Part shown: positions 28,991 to 39,654 of the stretch, one piece after another
Position numbering within the stretch: the first letter of the stretch is position 1
How the letters are laid out: every line of letters begins with the position of its first letter
DNA from: an uncultured Acidobacteriota bacterium
GTDB taxonomy: Bacteria > Acidobacteriota > Vicinamibacteria > Vicinamibacterales > 2-12-FULL-66-21
NCBI GenBank assembly: GCA_963725145.1
Contig: CAVRXL010000012.1
Span: 1,155,616 to 1,219,615, forward strand
Direction: 5' to 3'
DNA: 64,000 nucleotides
Position numbers and translations under genes: made by a program
Notes under the pieces: generated by a model
What the model saw: only the letters and a program-made list of their open reading frames with translations
Told to the model about the DNA's origin: nothing
Databases searched by the model: none

Positions 28991-29913
28991 GTTCGCGCGC
29001 CCCGCCGGAACGCATCAGCCGCCACGGCCACGAGAATGATGAGCCCCTGCAGCGCGCGATCCCAGTAGGCCTCGGTGCCGAGAAACACCAGCGCGGGCCC
29101 GGCCGTCGCGAGGAGCAGCACGCCGAGCAGCGTCCCGACGAGCGAGCCGCGCCCGCCGGCTATCGCCGTTCCGCCGACGACGACCGCGGCGATGACTCTG
29201 AGCTCGAAGCCAATCCCGGAATTGGTCTGGACGTCGATGAACTGGATCGCGGAGACGAGCGCGGCGAGCCCGGTCAGCGCGCCCATCGCCACGAAGGCCC
29301 AGAACACCACTCGTCGCGGCCGGATGCCGGCAAGGCGGGCGACCTCGGGCTCCGATCCCGTCGCGTAGATCGCGCGGCCCACGGCCAGGTAACGCATGCC
29401 AAGCGTCGCGCCAACCCAGACGGCGAGCGCGAGCGCGGGGATGGCGATGCGCCCGACATCCTGTCCGACGCCCATCCATTGAAAGCCGTCCGGCAAGTCA
29501 CGCACCCACACGCCTCCAGTCGTCCAGCGCAGCCCTTCACGAAGGCCAACCATCGTCGCGAGCGTCACCACGATCGCGGGAAGGCCGAGCCCGGCGACGA
29601 GCAGGCCGTTGACGGCGCCAAGCAGCGCACCGGCGCCAACGGCGCCGGCGCCGGCGATCGGCATCGGCAACCCCTGCTTCGCCAGCAGCCCGGCGACCAC
29701 CGCGCAGATCGCGAACTGTGAGCCGATCGAAATGTCGATCTGCCGGGCGAGGATGACCAGTGTCATGCCCACCGCGGCGAGGAGGAGCGGCGACGCGCCT
29801 ACCAGCAGATCGCGAAGATGGGCGGGTTGAAAGAAGGCGGGCGCGGCCGCCGCGAGCACCAGAAGCAGCAGGACGTACGCGGTGGCGATCGCCGCCTCGC
29901 GCCGATGGGTCAC
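28987..29913 (-). CDS. Sugar ABC transporter permease (RhaP-like)
   Basis: RQIDISIGS, PAIVVTLAT, FELRVIAAVVVGGTAIAGGRG. Confidence 0.9.
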   Translation of the reverse strand: MTHRREAAIATAYVLLLLVLAAAAPAFFQPAHLRDLLVGASPLLLAAVGMTLVILARQIDISIGSQFAICAVVAGLLAKQGLPMPIAGAGAVGAGALLGAVNGLLVAGLGLPAIVVTLATMVGLREGLRWTTGGVWVRDLPDGFQWMGVGQDVGRIAIPALALAVWVGATLGMRYLAVGRAIYATGSEPEVARLAGIRPRRVVFWAFVAMGALTGLAALVSAIQFIDVQTNSGIGFELRVIAAVVVGGTAIAGGRGSLVGTLLGVLLLATAGPALVFLGTEAYWDRALQGLIILVAVAADAFRRGART

Positions 29914-31400
29914 CGCGGCGTCCCCAGCGCGAGCGCCATGATCGTCTCCTGGGTGGCGTCCTTCCGGTCGAACGTCCCGACAACCGTGCCCCCTCGCATG
30001 ACGGCGATCCGGTCGCTCATCCCGAGGACCTCGGGGAGCTCGGAGGAGATCAGCAGAATCGCCAGCCCTTCAGCCGCGAGATCGACGATGTGGGTGTGGA
30101 TCTCCACCTTTGACGCGACGTCGACGCCCTGGGTCGGCTCGTCGAGGATGAGGACCCGCGGCCCCGTCGCCAGCCAGCGGGCGAGCGCGACCTTCTGTTG
30201 ATTGCCGCCTGAGAGCTCCGACACCGGCGCGTCGATCGATCTCGTTTTGATCGAGAGGCGCTTCACGTAGGTTGCTGCGACGGCCTGCTCCGCGCGGTGG
30301 TCGAGGAAGCCGCCGCGCGCGATCGCGCGCAAGCTGGCCAGGGTGGTGTTGGCCGCGACCGACATCTCTGGGATGACGCCGTGCCGGCGGCGATCCTCGG
30401 GAAGGTAGGCGAGCCCGAGCCGCACCGCCTGCGCAGGCGACGAGACGGTGACCGTGCTTCCGGCGAGACGGATGACGCCCTGGTCCGCGGGGTCGATGCC
30501 GAACAGCACGCGCGCCAGCTCCGTGCGGCCGGCGCCAACCAGCCCGGCGAGACCCAGTATTTCGCCGGCACGGACTTTCAAGGTCACATCCCGCACACCC
30601 GCCGCGCGACAACCGATTCGATCGGTCTCGAGGGCGATGTCCCCGATCGGAACGGTCCGCTTGGGAAAAATCGCCTGGAGATCGCGGCCCACCATCAGCC
30701 GGATCAGCTCGGCGCGGCCGGCCTCGGCGGCCGGACGGGTCGCGACGAGCTCGCCGTCGCGGAGGACCGACACGCGATCGGCGAGCGCGCCGACCTCCTC
30801 GAGCCGGTGGGAGATGTAGACGATGCCGATGCCTCCGGACCGCAGGTGGCGGACCAGAGCGAACAACCGATCGGCCTCTCGATCGGTGAGAGCCGAGGTC
30901 GGCTCGTCCATCAAAATGATCCGTGCGTCCGCGCCCAGAGCGCGCGCGATTTCGACGAGCTGCTGCTCTGCCATCCGCAGCCGGTCGGCAGGAGCGTCGA
31001 CGTCGATGTCCGCGCCGACTCGGGAGAGCATCTCGCGCGCCCGCTCGCGTCGCCGGCGCCAGTCGACCCGTCGCCAGGCTCCGGCGGGCTCGTGCCCGAC
31101 CGCAAGGTTTTCGGCGACCGTCAAGTCCGGGAAGAGCGCAGGCTGCTGATAGATCGGCGCGATGCCGAGCGCGCGCATCGTGACCGGGTCGGCGCGATCG
31201 ACCCGGCGCGCGTCGATCTCAATCGTCCCCGAGTCCGGCGCGTGCGCGCCCGTGAGGATGCGCACGAGCGTGCTCTTTCCGGCGCCGTTCTCGCCGACGA
31301 GCGCATGGACCTCGCCAGCCTGCAGGTCGAACGACACGGACCGGAGCGCGTGCACGCCGCCGAACGCTTTGCTCACGCCTCGGAGCCGGACGAGGGACAT
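29910..31400 (-). CDS. Sugar ABC transporter ATP-binding protein (RhaT/RbsA-like)
   Basis: GENGAGKST, MDEPTS, YISHRL, PEDRR, LSGGNQQKV, LDEPTQGVDV. Confidence 0.95.
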   Translation of the reverse strand: MSLVRLRGVSKAFGGVHALRSVSFDLQAGEVHALVGENGAGKSTLVRILTGAHAPDSGTIEIDARRVDRADPVTMRALGIAPIYQQPALFPDLTVAENLAVGHEPAGAWRRVDWRRRRERAREMLSRVGADIDVDAPADRLRMAEQQLVEIARALGADARIILMDEPTSALTDREADRLFALVRHLRSGGIGIVYISHRLEEVGALADRVSVLRDGELVATRPAAEAGRAELIRLMVGRDLQAIFPKRTVPIGDIALETDRIGCRAAGVRDVTLKVRAGEILGLAGLVGAGRTELARVLFGIDPADQGVIRLAGSTVTVSSPAQAVRLGLAYLPEDRRRHGVIPEMSVAANTTLASLRAIARGGFLDHRAEQAVAATYVKRLSIKTRSIDAPVSELSGGNQQKVALARWLATGPRVLILDEPTQGVDVASKVEIHTHIVDLAAEGLAILLISSELPEVLGMSDRIAVMRGGTVVGTFDRKDATQETIMALALGTPR

Positions 31401-31426
31401 GGGATGCGGGAGGGTAAACCATTCAT

Positions 31427-31466
31427 TGCTGAATGGCGAATGCTGAATGCTGAATGGCTAGAATGG
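31427..31466. repeat. GAATGCT heptamer tandem repeat in the divergent promoter region
   Basis: tgctgaatggcgaatgctgaatgctgaatggctagaatgg. Confidence 0.8.
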
Positions 31467-31472
31467 TCCCCG

Positions 31473-34364
31473 ATGTTTCACAGGATGGCGGCGCTCGCGG
31501 CGCTCGCGCTCGTCGCGTGGGGGCAGCCCTCTGCGCCGCCCGTGGTGGACTGGCCTCCGATCACGCATGAGACGAGGCCGTGGACGCGATGGTGGTGGCT
31601 GGGCAGCGCGGTGGACGAAGCGGGGCTGACGGCGGAGTTGGATGCGCTTCGGGCAGCCGGCCTGGGCGGCGTTGAGATCACGCCGATCTACGGCGCGGCG
31701 GGTGCCGAATCCCGCTTCGTGCCGTTCCTGTCCGCCCGATGGATGGAGCTCCTGGAGCACACCCTCCGGGAAGCGCAGCGCGTCGGACTGGGCGTCGACA
31801 TGGCCACAGGCACTGGATGGCCGTTCGGCGGCCCGTGGGTCAACGAGGCCGACGCGTGCCGCTCGCTGATGTTCAAGACCTGGACTGTCGACGGCGGGGC
31901 GCGGTTGGCCGAGCCGGTCCGGCTGATGCAGACGCCGCTCGTCCGGGCGCTCGGCAACCAGGTCTACGAAGTGCGGGAGATCGGCCCCGGTGAGTCCACG
32001 CCTGCGGGAACGGCACAGCAGCCCCTCCTGAGATCGGGCGCGGGCGCGATCCAGATCGGCGACCTCAAGGACCCGGTTGAAGCGAACGCGAATCTGCAGG
32101 CGCTCGCGCTCGAGCAGGTCCGATACCCGAAACCCGCGCCCCTCCTCGCGCTCGTCGCGTACCCGCGCTCCGGCGAGCCCGTCGACCTGACGTCGCAGGT
32201 CGATGCCCAGGGGACGCTCCAGTGGGTCGCTCCGCCTGGCGCCTGGACGCTCCATGCCGCGTTTCTCGGCTGGCACGGGAAGCTCGTCGAGCGTGCGGCG
32301 CCGGGTGGGGAGGGGAACGTGATCGATCACTTCTCCCGTGACGCCATCCGGCACTACCTGGCTGCCTTCGACAAGGGCTTCGGCGGATCGAAGCTCCCCG
32401 GACTGCGCGCCTTCTTCAACGATTCGTACGAAGTGGACGACGCGACCGGTCAGGCGGACGGGACGCCGGCGCTGTTCGAGGAGTTCCAGCGGCGGCGCGG
32501 GTACGATCTGCGCGCGCATCTGCCGGCGTTGGTGGAAAACGCGGACGCCCGCGTGCACGCGGATTACCGCGAGACCGTGTCGGATCTGCTGCTCGAGACG
32601 TTCACATCCGAGTGGAGCGGCTGGTCAAAGAAGCGCGGCCGCATCGTGCGCAACCAGGCGCACGGATCGCCCGCCAACCTGCTCGACCTCTACGCGGCCA
32701 GCGATATCCCCGAGACCGAGGGGAACGATCTCCCGCGATTCAAGTGGGCGACCTCGGCTGCGCACGTCGCGGGTCGGCGGCTCGTCTCGGCGGAGGCTGC
32801 AACCTGGCTCGGGGAGCATTTCCGCTCGACTCTCGCAGACGTCCGCGCCGCCGTCGACAAGTTCTTCGTCGCCGGCGTCAACCACATCGTCTATCACGGC
32901 ACCGCGTACTCGCCGCGGCAGGAGCCGTGGCCGGGCTGGCAGTTCTACGCGTCAGTCGAGTTCAACCCGCGGAGCGCGTGGTGGTCGGACTTTGGCGCGC
33001 TCAACGCCTACGTGACGCGCGTCCAGTCGTTCCTGCAGGCGGGTGAACCGGACCAGGACGTCCTGCTGTACTACCCGTTCCACGATGCGCTCAGGTTCGG
33101 ACCCGGCCGTCTCACGCATTTCGGCGGCGCCAGCGCGCCGAACATCGGATCGCCCTTCGAAGAGGCCGCGGCCACGCTTCAGCGCCGCGGCTACACCTAC
33201 GATTACATCTCCGATCGGCAGCTCGCCGGGACGCGGGTCTCCGATGGACGATTGAGGACAGCGAGCGGCGCCTCCTACGAGACGCTCGTCGTGCCAGCGA
33301 CCCGTTACATCCCGCTCGAAACGTTCGAGAGAATCATCGCGCTCGCACGAGAAGGCGCGCAGGTGGTTGTCTTCCGACGTCGACCCGCGGATGTGTCGGG
33401 GTTTGCCGACCTCGACAAACGCCGGGCGCGATTCAACCAGCTCCGCGATCAGGCCGCCACGCTGCCGACCGTCGACGATCTCGATCGCTTTCTCGATCTG
33501 CTCGGCACGCACCGCGAGCCGCTCGTGGACAGGGGACTCGAATTTGTCCGGCGCCGATTTGGCGCGGGCGGCGATTCTGCGGGCCAGGGTCGCTACTACT
33601 TCATCGTCAACTCGAGCGGCCGCGAGGTCCGCGGGTGGATCCCGTTCGATGTCCGCGCGACGTCCGCCGTTGTCTTCGATCCCATGAGCGGCCGCCGCGG
33701 CGATGCCCGTGTCCGGTCGGCTGGCTGGATGGCGGAAGTCTTCTTGACCCTGGCAGCGGGTGAATCCCTGATCGTGCAGACCGGGGCGCGCACGGGCGAG
33801 CCGTATGTGGTGCGCGAGCCGGCCGGCGCGCCAATCGACGTCCACGGACCGTGGGGCGTGCGATTCGCCGCCGGTGGGCCGGAGCTGCCAGCCGCGCGAA
33901 CGATCGACCAGCTCGAATCCTGGACGCGCTTTGACGGCGATGAAGTGAAGCGCTTCTCGGGGACGGCGGTTTACACCGTCCGGTTCCCGCGTCCGGGGGG
34001 CGCGGCAGACGCGTGGCGCCTGGATCTCGGTCGCGTGCACGACAGCGTCCGCGTCAGCCTGAACGGACGCGACCTGGGGACGCAGGTAGGACCGCTGTTT
34101 CAGATCACCCTCGACCCCGCATGGCTCGCCGCGGAGAACCGGCTCGAGGTCCACGTCACGAACCTGCCGGCCAACCGCATCGCGGCCCTCGACAAGGCGG
34201 GCGTCCGGTGGAAGAAGTTCTACAACGTCAATTTTCCGGCGCGCCTTCCGCAGAACCGCGGCGCCGACGGCCTCTTCACGGCCGCGAAGTGGGAGCCGCT
34301 CGACTCCGGACTTCTCGGCCCGGTTACACTGACGCCTCTCCGCGATAGCATAAGCGCACCGTGA
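31473..34364 (+). CDS. Secreted glycoside hydrolase, GH106 (alpha-L-rhamnosidase-like)
   Basis: Signal peptide; RPWTRWWWLGSAVD, GGVEITPIYG, GTGWPFGGP, FFNDSYEV, RNQAHGSP, DIPETE, YHGT.YSP, SGLLGPV. The ORF-track N-terminal extension is antisense to the ATPase gene and is spurious. Confidence 0.88.
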   Translation: MFHRMAALAALALVAWGQPSAPPVVDWPPITHETRPWTRWWWLGSAVDEAGLTAELDALRAAGLGGVEITPIYGAAGAESRFVPFLSARWMELLEHTLREAQRVGLGVDMATGTGWPFGGPWVNEADACRSLMFKTWTVDGGARLAEPVRLMQTPLVRALGNQVYEVREIGPGESTPAGTAQQPLLRSGAGAIQIGDLKDPVEANANLQALALEQVRYPKPAPLLALVAYPRSGEPVDLTSQVDAQGTLQWVAPPGAWTLHAAFLGWHGKLVERAAPGGEGNVIDHFSRDAIRHYLAAFDKGFGGSKLPGLRAFFNDSYEVDDATGQADGTPALFEEFQRRRGYDLRAHLPALVENADARVHADYRETVSDLLLETFTSEWSGWSKKRGRIVRNQAHGSPANLLDLYAASDIPETEGNDLPRFKWATSAAHVAGRRLVSAEAATWLGEHFRSTLADVRAAVDKFFVAGVNHIVYHGTAYSPRQEPWPGWQFYASVEFNPRSAWWSDFGALNAYVTRVQSFLQAGEPDQDVLLYYPFHDALRFGPGRLTHFGGASAPNIGSPFEEAAATLQRRGYTYDYISDRQLAGTRVSDGRLRTASGASYETLVVPATRYIPLETFERIIALAREGAQVVVFRRRPADVSGFADLDKRRARFNQLRDQAATLPTVDDLDRFLDLLGTHREPLVDRGLEFVRRRFGAGGDSAGQGRYYFIVNSSGREVRGWIPFDVRATSAVVFDPMSGRRGDARVRSAGWMAEVFLTLAAGESLIVQTGARTGEPYVVREPAGAPIDVHGPWGVRFAAGGPELPAARTIDQLESWTRFDGDEVKRFSGTAVYTVRFPRPGGAADAWRLDLGRVHDSVRVSLNGRDLGTQVGPLFQITLDPAWLAAENRLEVHVTNLPANRIAALDKAGVRWKKFYNVNFPARLPQNRGADGLFTAAKWEPLDSGLLGPVTLTPLRDSISAP

Positions 34365-36479
34365 CGACCGACTCGAAGAACGTGCCTGCCGCCACCGCGG
34401 GCCGCCTGCCGGACCTCTGGAACGACGAGGAGGCGCGGGGCCTGTCCGAGCAGGAGCTCCTGCGGTATCGATCCAACCTGCTCGGATCGGATCTCCGGAT
34501 TACGAACTACGGCGGCGGAAACACCTCCGCCAAGGTTTCCATGCTGGATCCGCTGACCGGTGAGCCGGCGGACGTGCTCTGGGTCAAGGGTTCGGGCGGA
34601 GACCTCGGCAGCGCGACGCTCGACGGCTTCGCGTCGCTCTATCTCGACAAGCTTCGGGATCTCACCAGCAAGTATGCGGGGCGGGAGCGCGAAGACGAGA
34701 TGCCGGCGTACTTTCCGCACTGCACGTTCAACCTGAACGCCCGCGCCGCGAGCATCGACACGCCCCTGCACGGGTTCATCGACCATCGTCACATCGATCA
34801 CATGCACGCCGACGCCATCATCGCGATCGCCGCGGCGCGACACGGTGAGCGGCTCACGCAGCAGATTTTTGGCGGCGACCTCTCGTGGGTGCCCTGGCAG
34901 CGTCCAGGCTTCGATCTCGGGCTGGCGGTCGGCCGCGTCGCACGCGAGCGGCCGAATTCGCTCGGGCTCGTCCTGGGCGGTCACGGCCTGATCACCTGGG
35001 GGGCGAGCTCGCGCGCGTGTTATCACACGACGCTCGGCGCGATCCAGAAGGCGGCGGACTGGCTCGACGCGCATGGAAAACCGGAACCGCTCGGACCGAT
35101 CGCCACACCCGCCCTCTCGGCGGCGGACCGCGGACGGCTGCTCGAGGCGATCGCTCCGATCCTTCGGGGGCTCCTCAGCACGCTCGGCCCGAAGGTGATG
35201 TACTACGTCGACTCGCCGGCGGTGCTCGAGTTCGTCGGGTCGGCCCGCTGCGAGACGTTGGCGCGTCTCGGGACGACGTGCCCCGATCATTTTCTGCGAA
35301 CGAGGGTGCGCCCGATGTTCGTGCCGTTCGCGGCCGGCAGGGAGCAGGCAGCCGACCTCATCGCGCGCCTTCCCGCGGCAATCGAGCGCTACCGTGCGGA
35401 GTACACCGCGTACTACGAGCGCTGCAGGCGCCCGGACTCGCCGCCGATGCGCGATCCGTCTCCGGTCATCGTGCTCGTTCCAGGATTGGGGCTGCTGGCG
35501 TTTCAGAGCGACAAACAGATCGCCCGGGTCGCCGCCGAGTTCTACGAGAGCACCGTCCGCATCGTTCGATGGGCTGAGGCGATCGACGAGTACGTGCCGA
35601 TCGCGGAACAGGACGCGTTCGACATCGAGTACTGGTCGCTCGAGGAGGCCAAGCTCCGGCGGCTGCCGCCGCGAAAGAGCCTCGACGGCCGCGTCGCGCT
35701 CGTCACGGGCGGGGCCGGCGGTATCGGCGGCGCCACGGCCAGGCGCCTCGCCGCCGAAGGCGCGTCGATCGTCCTGGTGGACATCGACGAGCGGGCCCTC
35801 GACGAGGCGCGCGCCGGGCTCGCGGGCTCGGCGGGCCCGGATCGCGTGCGCGCGATCGCGTGCGACGTCACGAGCGAGGCATCGGTCGCGGGGGCGTTCG
35901 CGTATGCGGCCCGCGAGTACGGCGGGCTCGACATCCTGGTCTCGAACGCCGGGATCGCCTCCGCGTCCCCGATCGACGAGACGTCGCTCGAGATGTGGGA
36001 CCGGAACCTCGCCATCCTCGCGACCGGGTACTTTCTCGTCTCCCGCGAAGCGTTCCGGCTCATGAAGTCGCAGGGGCGCGGAGGGTCGATCGTGTTCATC
36101 GGCAGCAAGAACGCCCTCGTGGCATCGCCTGGAGCCTCGGCCTATTCGACCGCGAAGGCCGCGGCGCTGCACCTGGCGCGCTCCCTCGCCGTGGAAGGGA
36201 GCCGCGTTCGGCATTCGCGCGAACGTCGTGAATCCCGACGCGGTGATCCGTGGCTCGCGGATCTGGGCCGGGCCCTGGAGAGCCGCCCGCGCCGCCAGCA
36301 ACAAGATAGACGACGAGCAGGTCGAGGAGTTTTACCGGCAGCGGAGCCTGCTGAAACGCAGCGTCTTTCCGGAGGACGTGGCGGAGGCCGTGTATTTTTT
36401 CGCATCCGACGCGTCGGGGAAGTCGACCGGCAACGTGCTGAACGTGGACGCCGGCAACCCGGCATCTTTTACTCGTTGA
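34361..36479 (+). CDS. Bifunctional rhamnulose-1-phosphate aldolase / short-chain dehydrogenase; frameshift at ~36197-36199
   Basis: YRSNLLGSD..ITNYGGGNTSAK, VKGSGGD, SIDTPLH, DHMHAD, GTTCPDHFLRT, IEYWSLEEAKL, TGGAGGIG, YSTAK. The tail GIRANVVNPDAV...STGNVLNVDAG is in another frame after an extra G. Confidence 0.9.
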
Positions 36480-36486
36480 GGGTTCT

Positions 36487-37794
36487 GTGGGATTCGAGCT
36501 GTCCGACGCGCAGATAGGGGACGCAAACCGTCCGCTGACGGCGGCGCTGAAGGAAGACTACGACCACCTCGGGGCGCAGCTCGCGCGCCGCGGCATCGCG
36601 ATTGAGGAGGTCGTCACGCACGCGATGGCGTTCCGCGTGGCGGTGCCGTCCTGGGCGGTCGGCACCGGCGGCACCCGCTTCGCGCGCTTTCCCGGGCCCG
36701 GCGAGCCGCGCGACGTGTTCGAGAAAATCGAAGACTGCGAGACTATCCATCGCCTCGTGCGGGTCACGCCTGGAATCTCGCTCCATATTCCGTGGGATCG
36801 GCCGGAGCGGCCGGCGGAGCTGCTCTCGTTTCTCCAGGCGCGCGGGCTGCACGTCGATTCCACGAACTCGAACACCTTCCAGGACCATCCGGGTCAGACG
36901 CACTCGTACAAGTTCGGCAGTTTGAGCCATACCGACGGCGCCATCCGGCGCCAGGCCGTGGACCACAATCGCGAGTGCCTGGAGCTCGGCGCGGCCCTGG
37001 GATCGAAGGCGCACACCGTCTGGATCGGCGACGGTGGCAACTTTCCGGGCCAGGTGCACGCGCGCCGGGCGCTCGACCGCTACCTCGACAGCCTCCACCA
37101 GATCTACGATGCGCTCCCCGGCTCGTGCCGGCTCTTCATCGAGCACAAGTTCTACGAGCCGGCCTTCTATTCGACCGTGTTGAACGACTGGGGCACGAGC
37201 TACGTCTGCGTGCAGGCGCTCGGCGATCGCGCGTTCTCGCTGGTCGATCTCGGCCACCACGCGCCGAACGTCAACATCGAACAGATCGTCGCGCGCCTGA
37301 TCCAGTTGAGGAAGCTCGGAGGGTTTCACTTCAACGACAGCAAATACGGAGATGACGACCTCGACGCGGGCGCGATCAAGCCGTTCCAGCTGTTTCTGAT
37401 CTTCAACGAGCTCGTGGATGCCGCGATCGAAGGCGTGCCCGGCTTCGACCCGGCGTACATGCTCGATCAGTCCCACAACGTGACGGACCCGATCGAGTCG
37501 CTCATGACGAGCGCGATCGAGCTCGTACGCGCGAACGTCCAGGCGATCCTCGTCGACCGCGAGGCGCTTGCCGCCTTTCAGGAGCGGAACGACGCGTTGA
37601 TGGCGCTCCAGACGCTGAAGCAGGCGTTTACGACCGACGTGTCGCCGATCCTGGCGACCGCGCGGCTGCGAAGCGGGGGCGCGATCGATCCGGTTGCGCT
37701 GTATCGATCGAGTCAGTATCGGAAGAGGAAGGCGGAAGAGCGGGGCCGCAGATCAACGCAGATGTACGCAGATCGGAGCACCGGCATCGTATGA
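36487..37794 (+). CDS. rhaI: L-rhamnose isomerase (RhaI type)
   Basis: VPSWAVGTGGTRFARF, LHIPWD, NSNTF, WIGDG, EHKFYEP, DWG, DLGHH, GFHFND, DDDL, MLDQSHN. Confidence 0.92.
   Translation: MGFELSDAQIGDANRPLTAALKEDYDHLGAQLARRGIAIEEVVTHAMAFRVAVPSWAVGTGGTRFARFPGPGEPRDVFEKIEDCETIHRLVRVTPGISLHIPWDRPERPAELLSFLQARGLHVDSTNSNTFQDHPGQTHSYKFGSLSHTDGAIRRQAVDHNRECLELGAALGSKAHTVWIGDGGNFPGQVHARRALDRYLDSLHQIYDALPGSCRLFIEHKFYEPAFYSTVLNDWGTSYVCVQALGDRAFSLVDLGHHAPNVNIEQIVARLIQLRKLGGFHFNDSKYGDDDLDAGAIKPFQLFLIFNELVDAAIEGVPGFDPAYMLDQSHNVTDPIESLMTSAIELVRANVQAILVDREALAAFQERNDALMALQTLKQAFTTDVSPILATARLRSGGAIDPVALYRSSQYRKRKAEERGRRSTQMYADRSTGIV
37747..37773. repeat. CGCAGAT repeats with 10-bp period inside the 3' end of rhaI
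   Basis: cgcagat at 37747, 37757 and 37767; translated as RRSTQMYAD. Confidence 0.65.
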
Positions 37795-39432
37795 GGCGAC
37801 GCGACTTTCTCGGGTTGACCGCTGCCGGCGCGGCCGGCGTGCTCGCGCCGCGCGCGGCGCACAGCGCGGACGCGCGCATCGAAGTGCTGCTCAACGAGCC
37901 GATCGGACCCATCACCGCCGACCTCTACGGCCATTTCGTCGAGCACCTCGGCGGCGTCGTCTATGACGGCGTCTGGGTGGGCGAGAAGTCGGCCATCGCG
38001 AACACGGGCGGGATCCGGCAAGCCCTGGTCGACCACATGCGGCGTCTGCCGCCCGGGGCGATTCGCTGGCCGGGCGGCTGCTTCGCCGACAGCTACGACT
38101 GGCGCGACGGCGTCGGCCCGCGTGCATCGCGGCCCCGGCGGACGAACTTCTGGGAGGACGCGATGGCGAAGCTCCCGGACGGTCCCGGAAAATACGATCC
38201 GAACCACTTCGGCACGAACGATTTCATCCGTCTCTGCCGGCTCGTCAAGAGCGAGCCCTACATCGCGGCGAATCTCCGGAGCCTGTCGGCGAAGGACTTC
38301 TACCAGTGGGTCGAGTACTGCAACAGTCCAGCAGGCAGCTCGACGCTGGCCGAGTTGCGTGCCAGTGGCGGCGATCGCGATCCGTTTCGTGTCCGCTTCT
38401 GGGGCGTCGGCAACGAATCGTGGGGCTGCGGCGGCAACTTCACGCCTGAAGAGTACGCGACCGAGTACCGCCGGTTCACGGCGTGGGTGCCGCGCTACGG
38501 AGTCAATCTCGCATTCATCGGGTCGGGCCCCAACAGCGGCGATCTCGGCTGGACGCGGCGGTTTCTCACCAAGCTGACCGAGAAGGGGGAGGGGGCGCTC
38601 GGCAGCATGTGGGGCTGGGCGCTGCACCACTACTCGTGGAACACGAGCCGCGGCGCGACCACCGACTGGTTCGCCGGCAAGGGGGACGCCGTCGCGTTCA
38701 GCAACGACGAGTGGTACGAGCTCCTCGTCGAGGCCGACAAGATGGATGGGCTGATCTCAGGCCACTGGGCCGTGATGAGAGAAATCGATCGCACGCACCG
38801 CGTGAAGCTCGTCGTCGACGAATGGGGCGCCTGGTTCAAGCAGGGGACGGAAGTCGATCCCGCGCACCTCTTCGGCCAGCAGTCCACCGTCCGCGACGCG
38901 CTCGTGTCGGCCCTGACGCTGGACACGTTCCACCGGCACGCCGACAAGGTCGTGATGGCAAACGTCGCTCAGCTCGTGAACTGTCTCCAGTCGCTCTTCC
39001 TGGCGGACGAGGATCGCTTTGTCGCAACACCCGTGTTCCACGTGTTCGAGATGTACGGGGCGCACGTGGGCGGCCGGGCCTGTACGCGCCGAGTTCTCGG
39101 CGCCGCGGATCGCCTACGAGCGCGTGAAAGATAAAGGATCGCTCTGGGGTCTCGCCGGGTCCGCGTCGGTGAAGGACAAGACGGTGACGCTGACGGTGGT
39201 GAATCCGCACGTCAGCGAGGCGCGCGAAACCGAGATCGCAATCCGGGGGGCGTCGTTGGCATCGGTCAAGGCGACGACGATCTCGGCGCCCGACATCCAC
39301 GCGCACAACACGTTCGATCGCCCGCGAGAGGTTCAGCCGCGGGAGGATAAGACTGGAACCGCGCAGGGCGGCGTACTGGTCCACAAGTTTCCGCCGGCGT
39401 CGGTGACGAGGGTGAGCGTAACGCTTGCGTGA
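37791..39432 (+). CDS. Tat-exported alpha-L-arabinofuranosidase, GH51; frameshift at ~39079-39081
   Basis: MRRRDFL Tat signal; YGHFVEHLG, RWPGGCFAD.Y.W.DGVGP, WGVGNE.WGCGG, VDEWG.W, MANVAQLVN. The C-terminal VVNPH...HNTFD.P...FPPASV part is in the 39019..39432 frame. Confidence 0.9.
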
Positions 39433-39443
39433 CCTGAACGAAC

Positions 39444-39486
39444 CGCACGGCTAAAGCCGTGCGCCACCTGCGCCGTGCGCCACCTC
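39444..39486 (-). repeat. REP-like hairpin with partial duplication
   Basis: Minus strand gtgg-cgcacggct-tt-agccgtgcg; gccgtgcgccacct is repeated immediately downstream on the plus strand. Confidence 0.7.
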
Positions 39487-39654
39487 TGGCGGCGTCACCT
39501 TGCAGGAGACCTGCGTCGGGACGGTGTCGCGCACGGCCCGTGTTTCGACGGCACGATCCGCGTTGGGCGAGCTCCTGAAAAGTAACCCTGTGCTCTTGCA
39601 CTACTCCGACCAAGGCCGCAGGCCCTGGCGGAGTATGAGAGGCGGTCAAGACGG

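Noticed and set aside
27075-31400. AI-2 (Lsr) quorum-sensing importer
   Set aside because: No lsrK/lsrR/lsrF/lsrG genes; the surrounding rhamnose catabolic genes favour a rhamnose importer.
30297-31472. 1355-aa ORF suggesting a large N-terminal domain on GH106
   Set aside because: The extension is the antisense shadow of the ABC ATPase gene; the signal peptide begins at ATG 31473.
36190-36210. Programmed ribosomal frameshift in the aldolase-SDR gene
   Set aside because: There is no slippery heptamer, the break falls inside the SDR domain, and similar single-base insertions occur in two unrelated genes.
39487-39654. Missing C-terminal half of the ECF sigma factor, or a toxin fragment, beyond the ADOP gene
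   Set aside because: The translations I examined show no recognisable sigma region-4 or other family motif.
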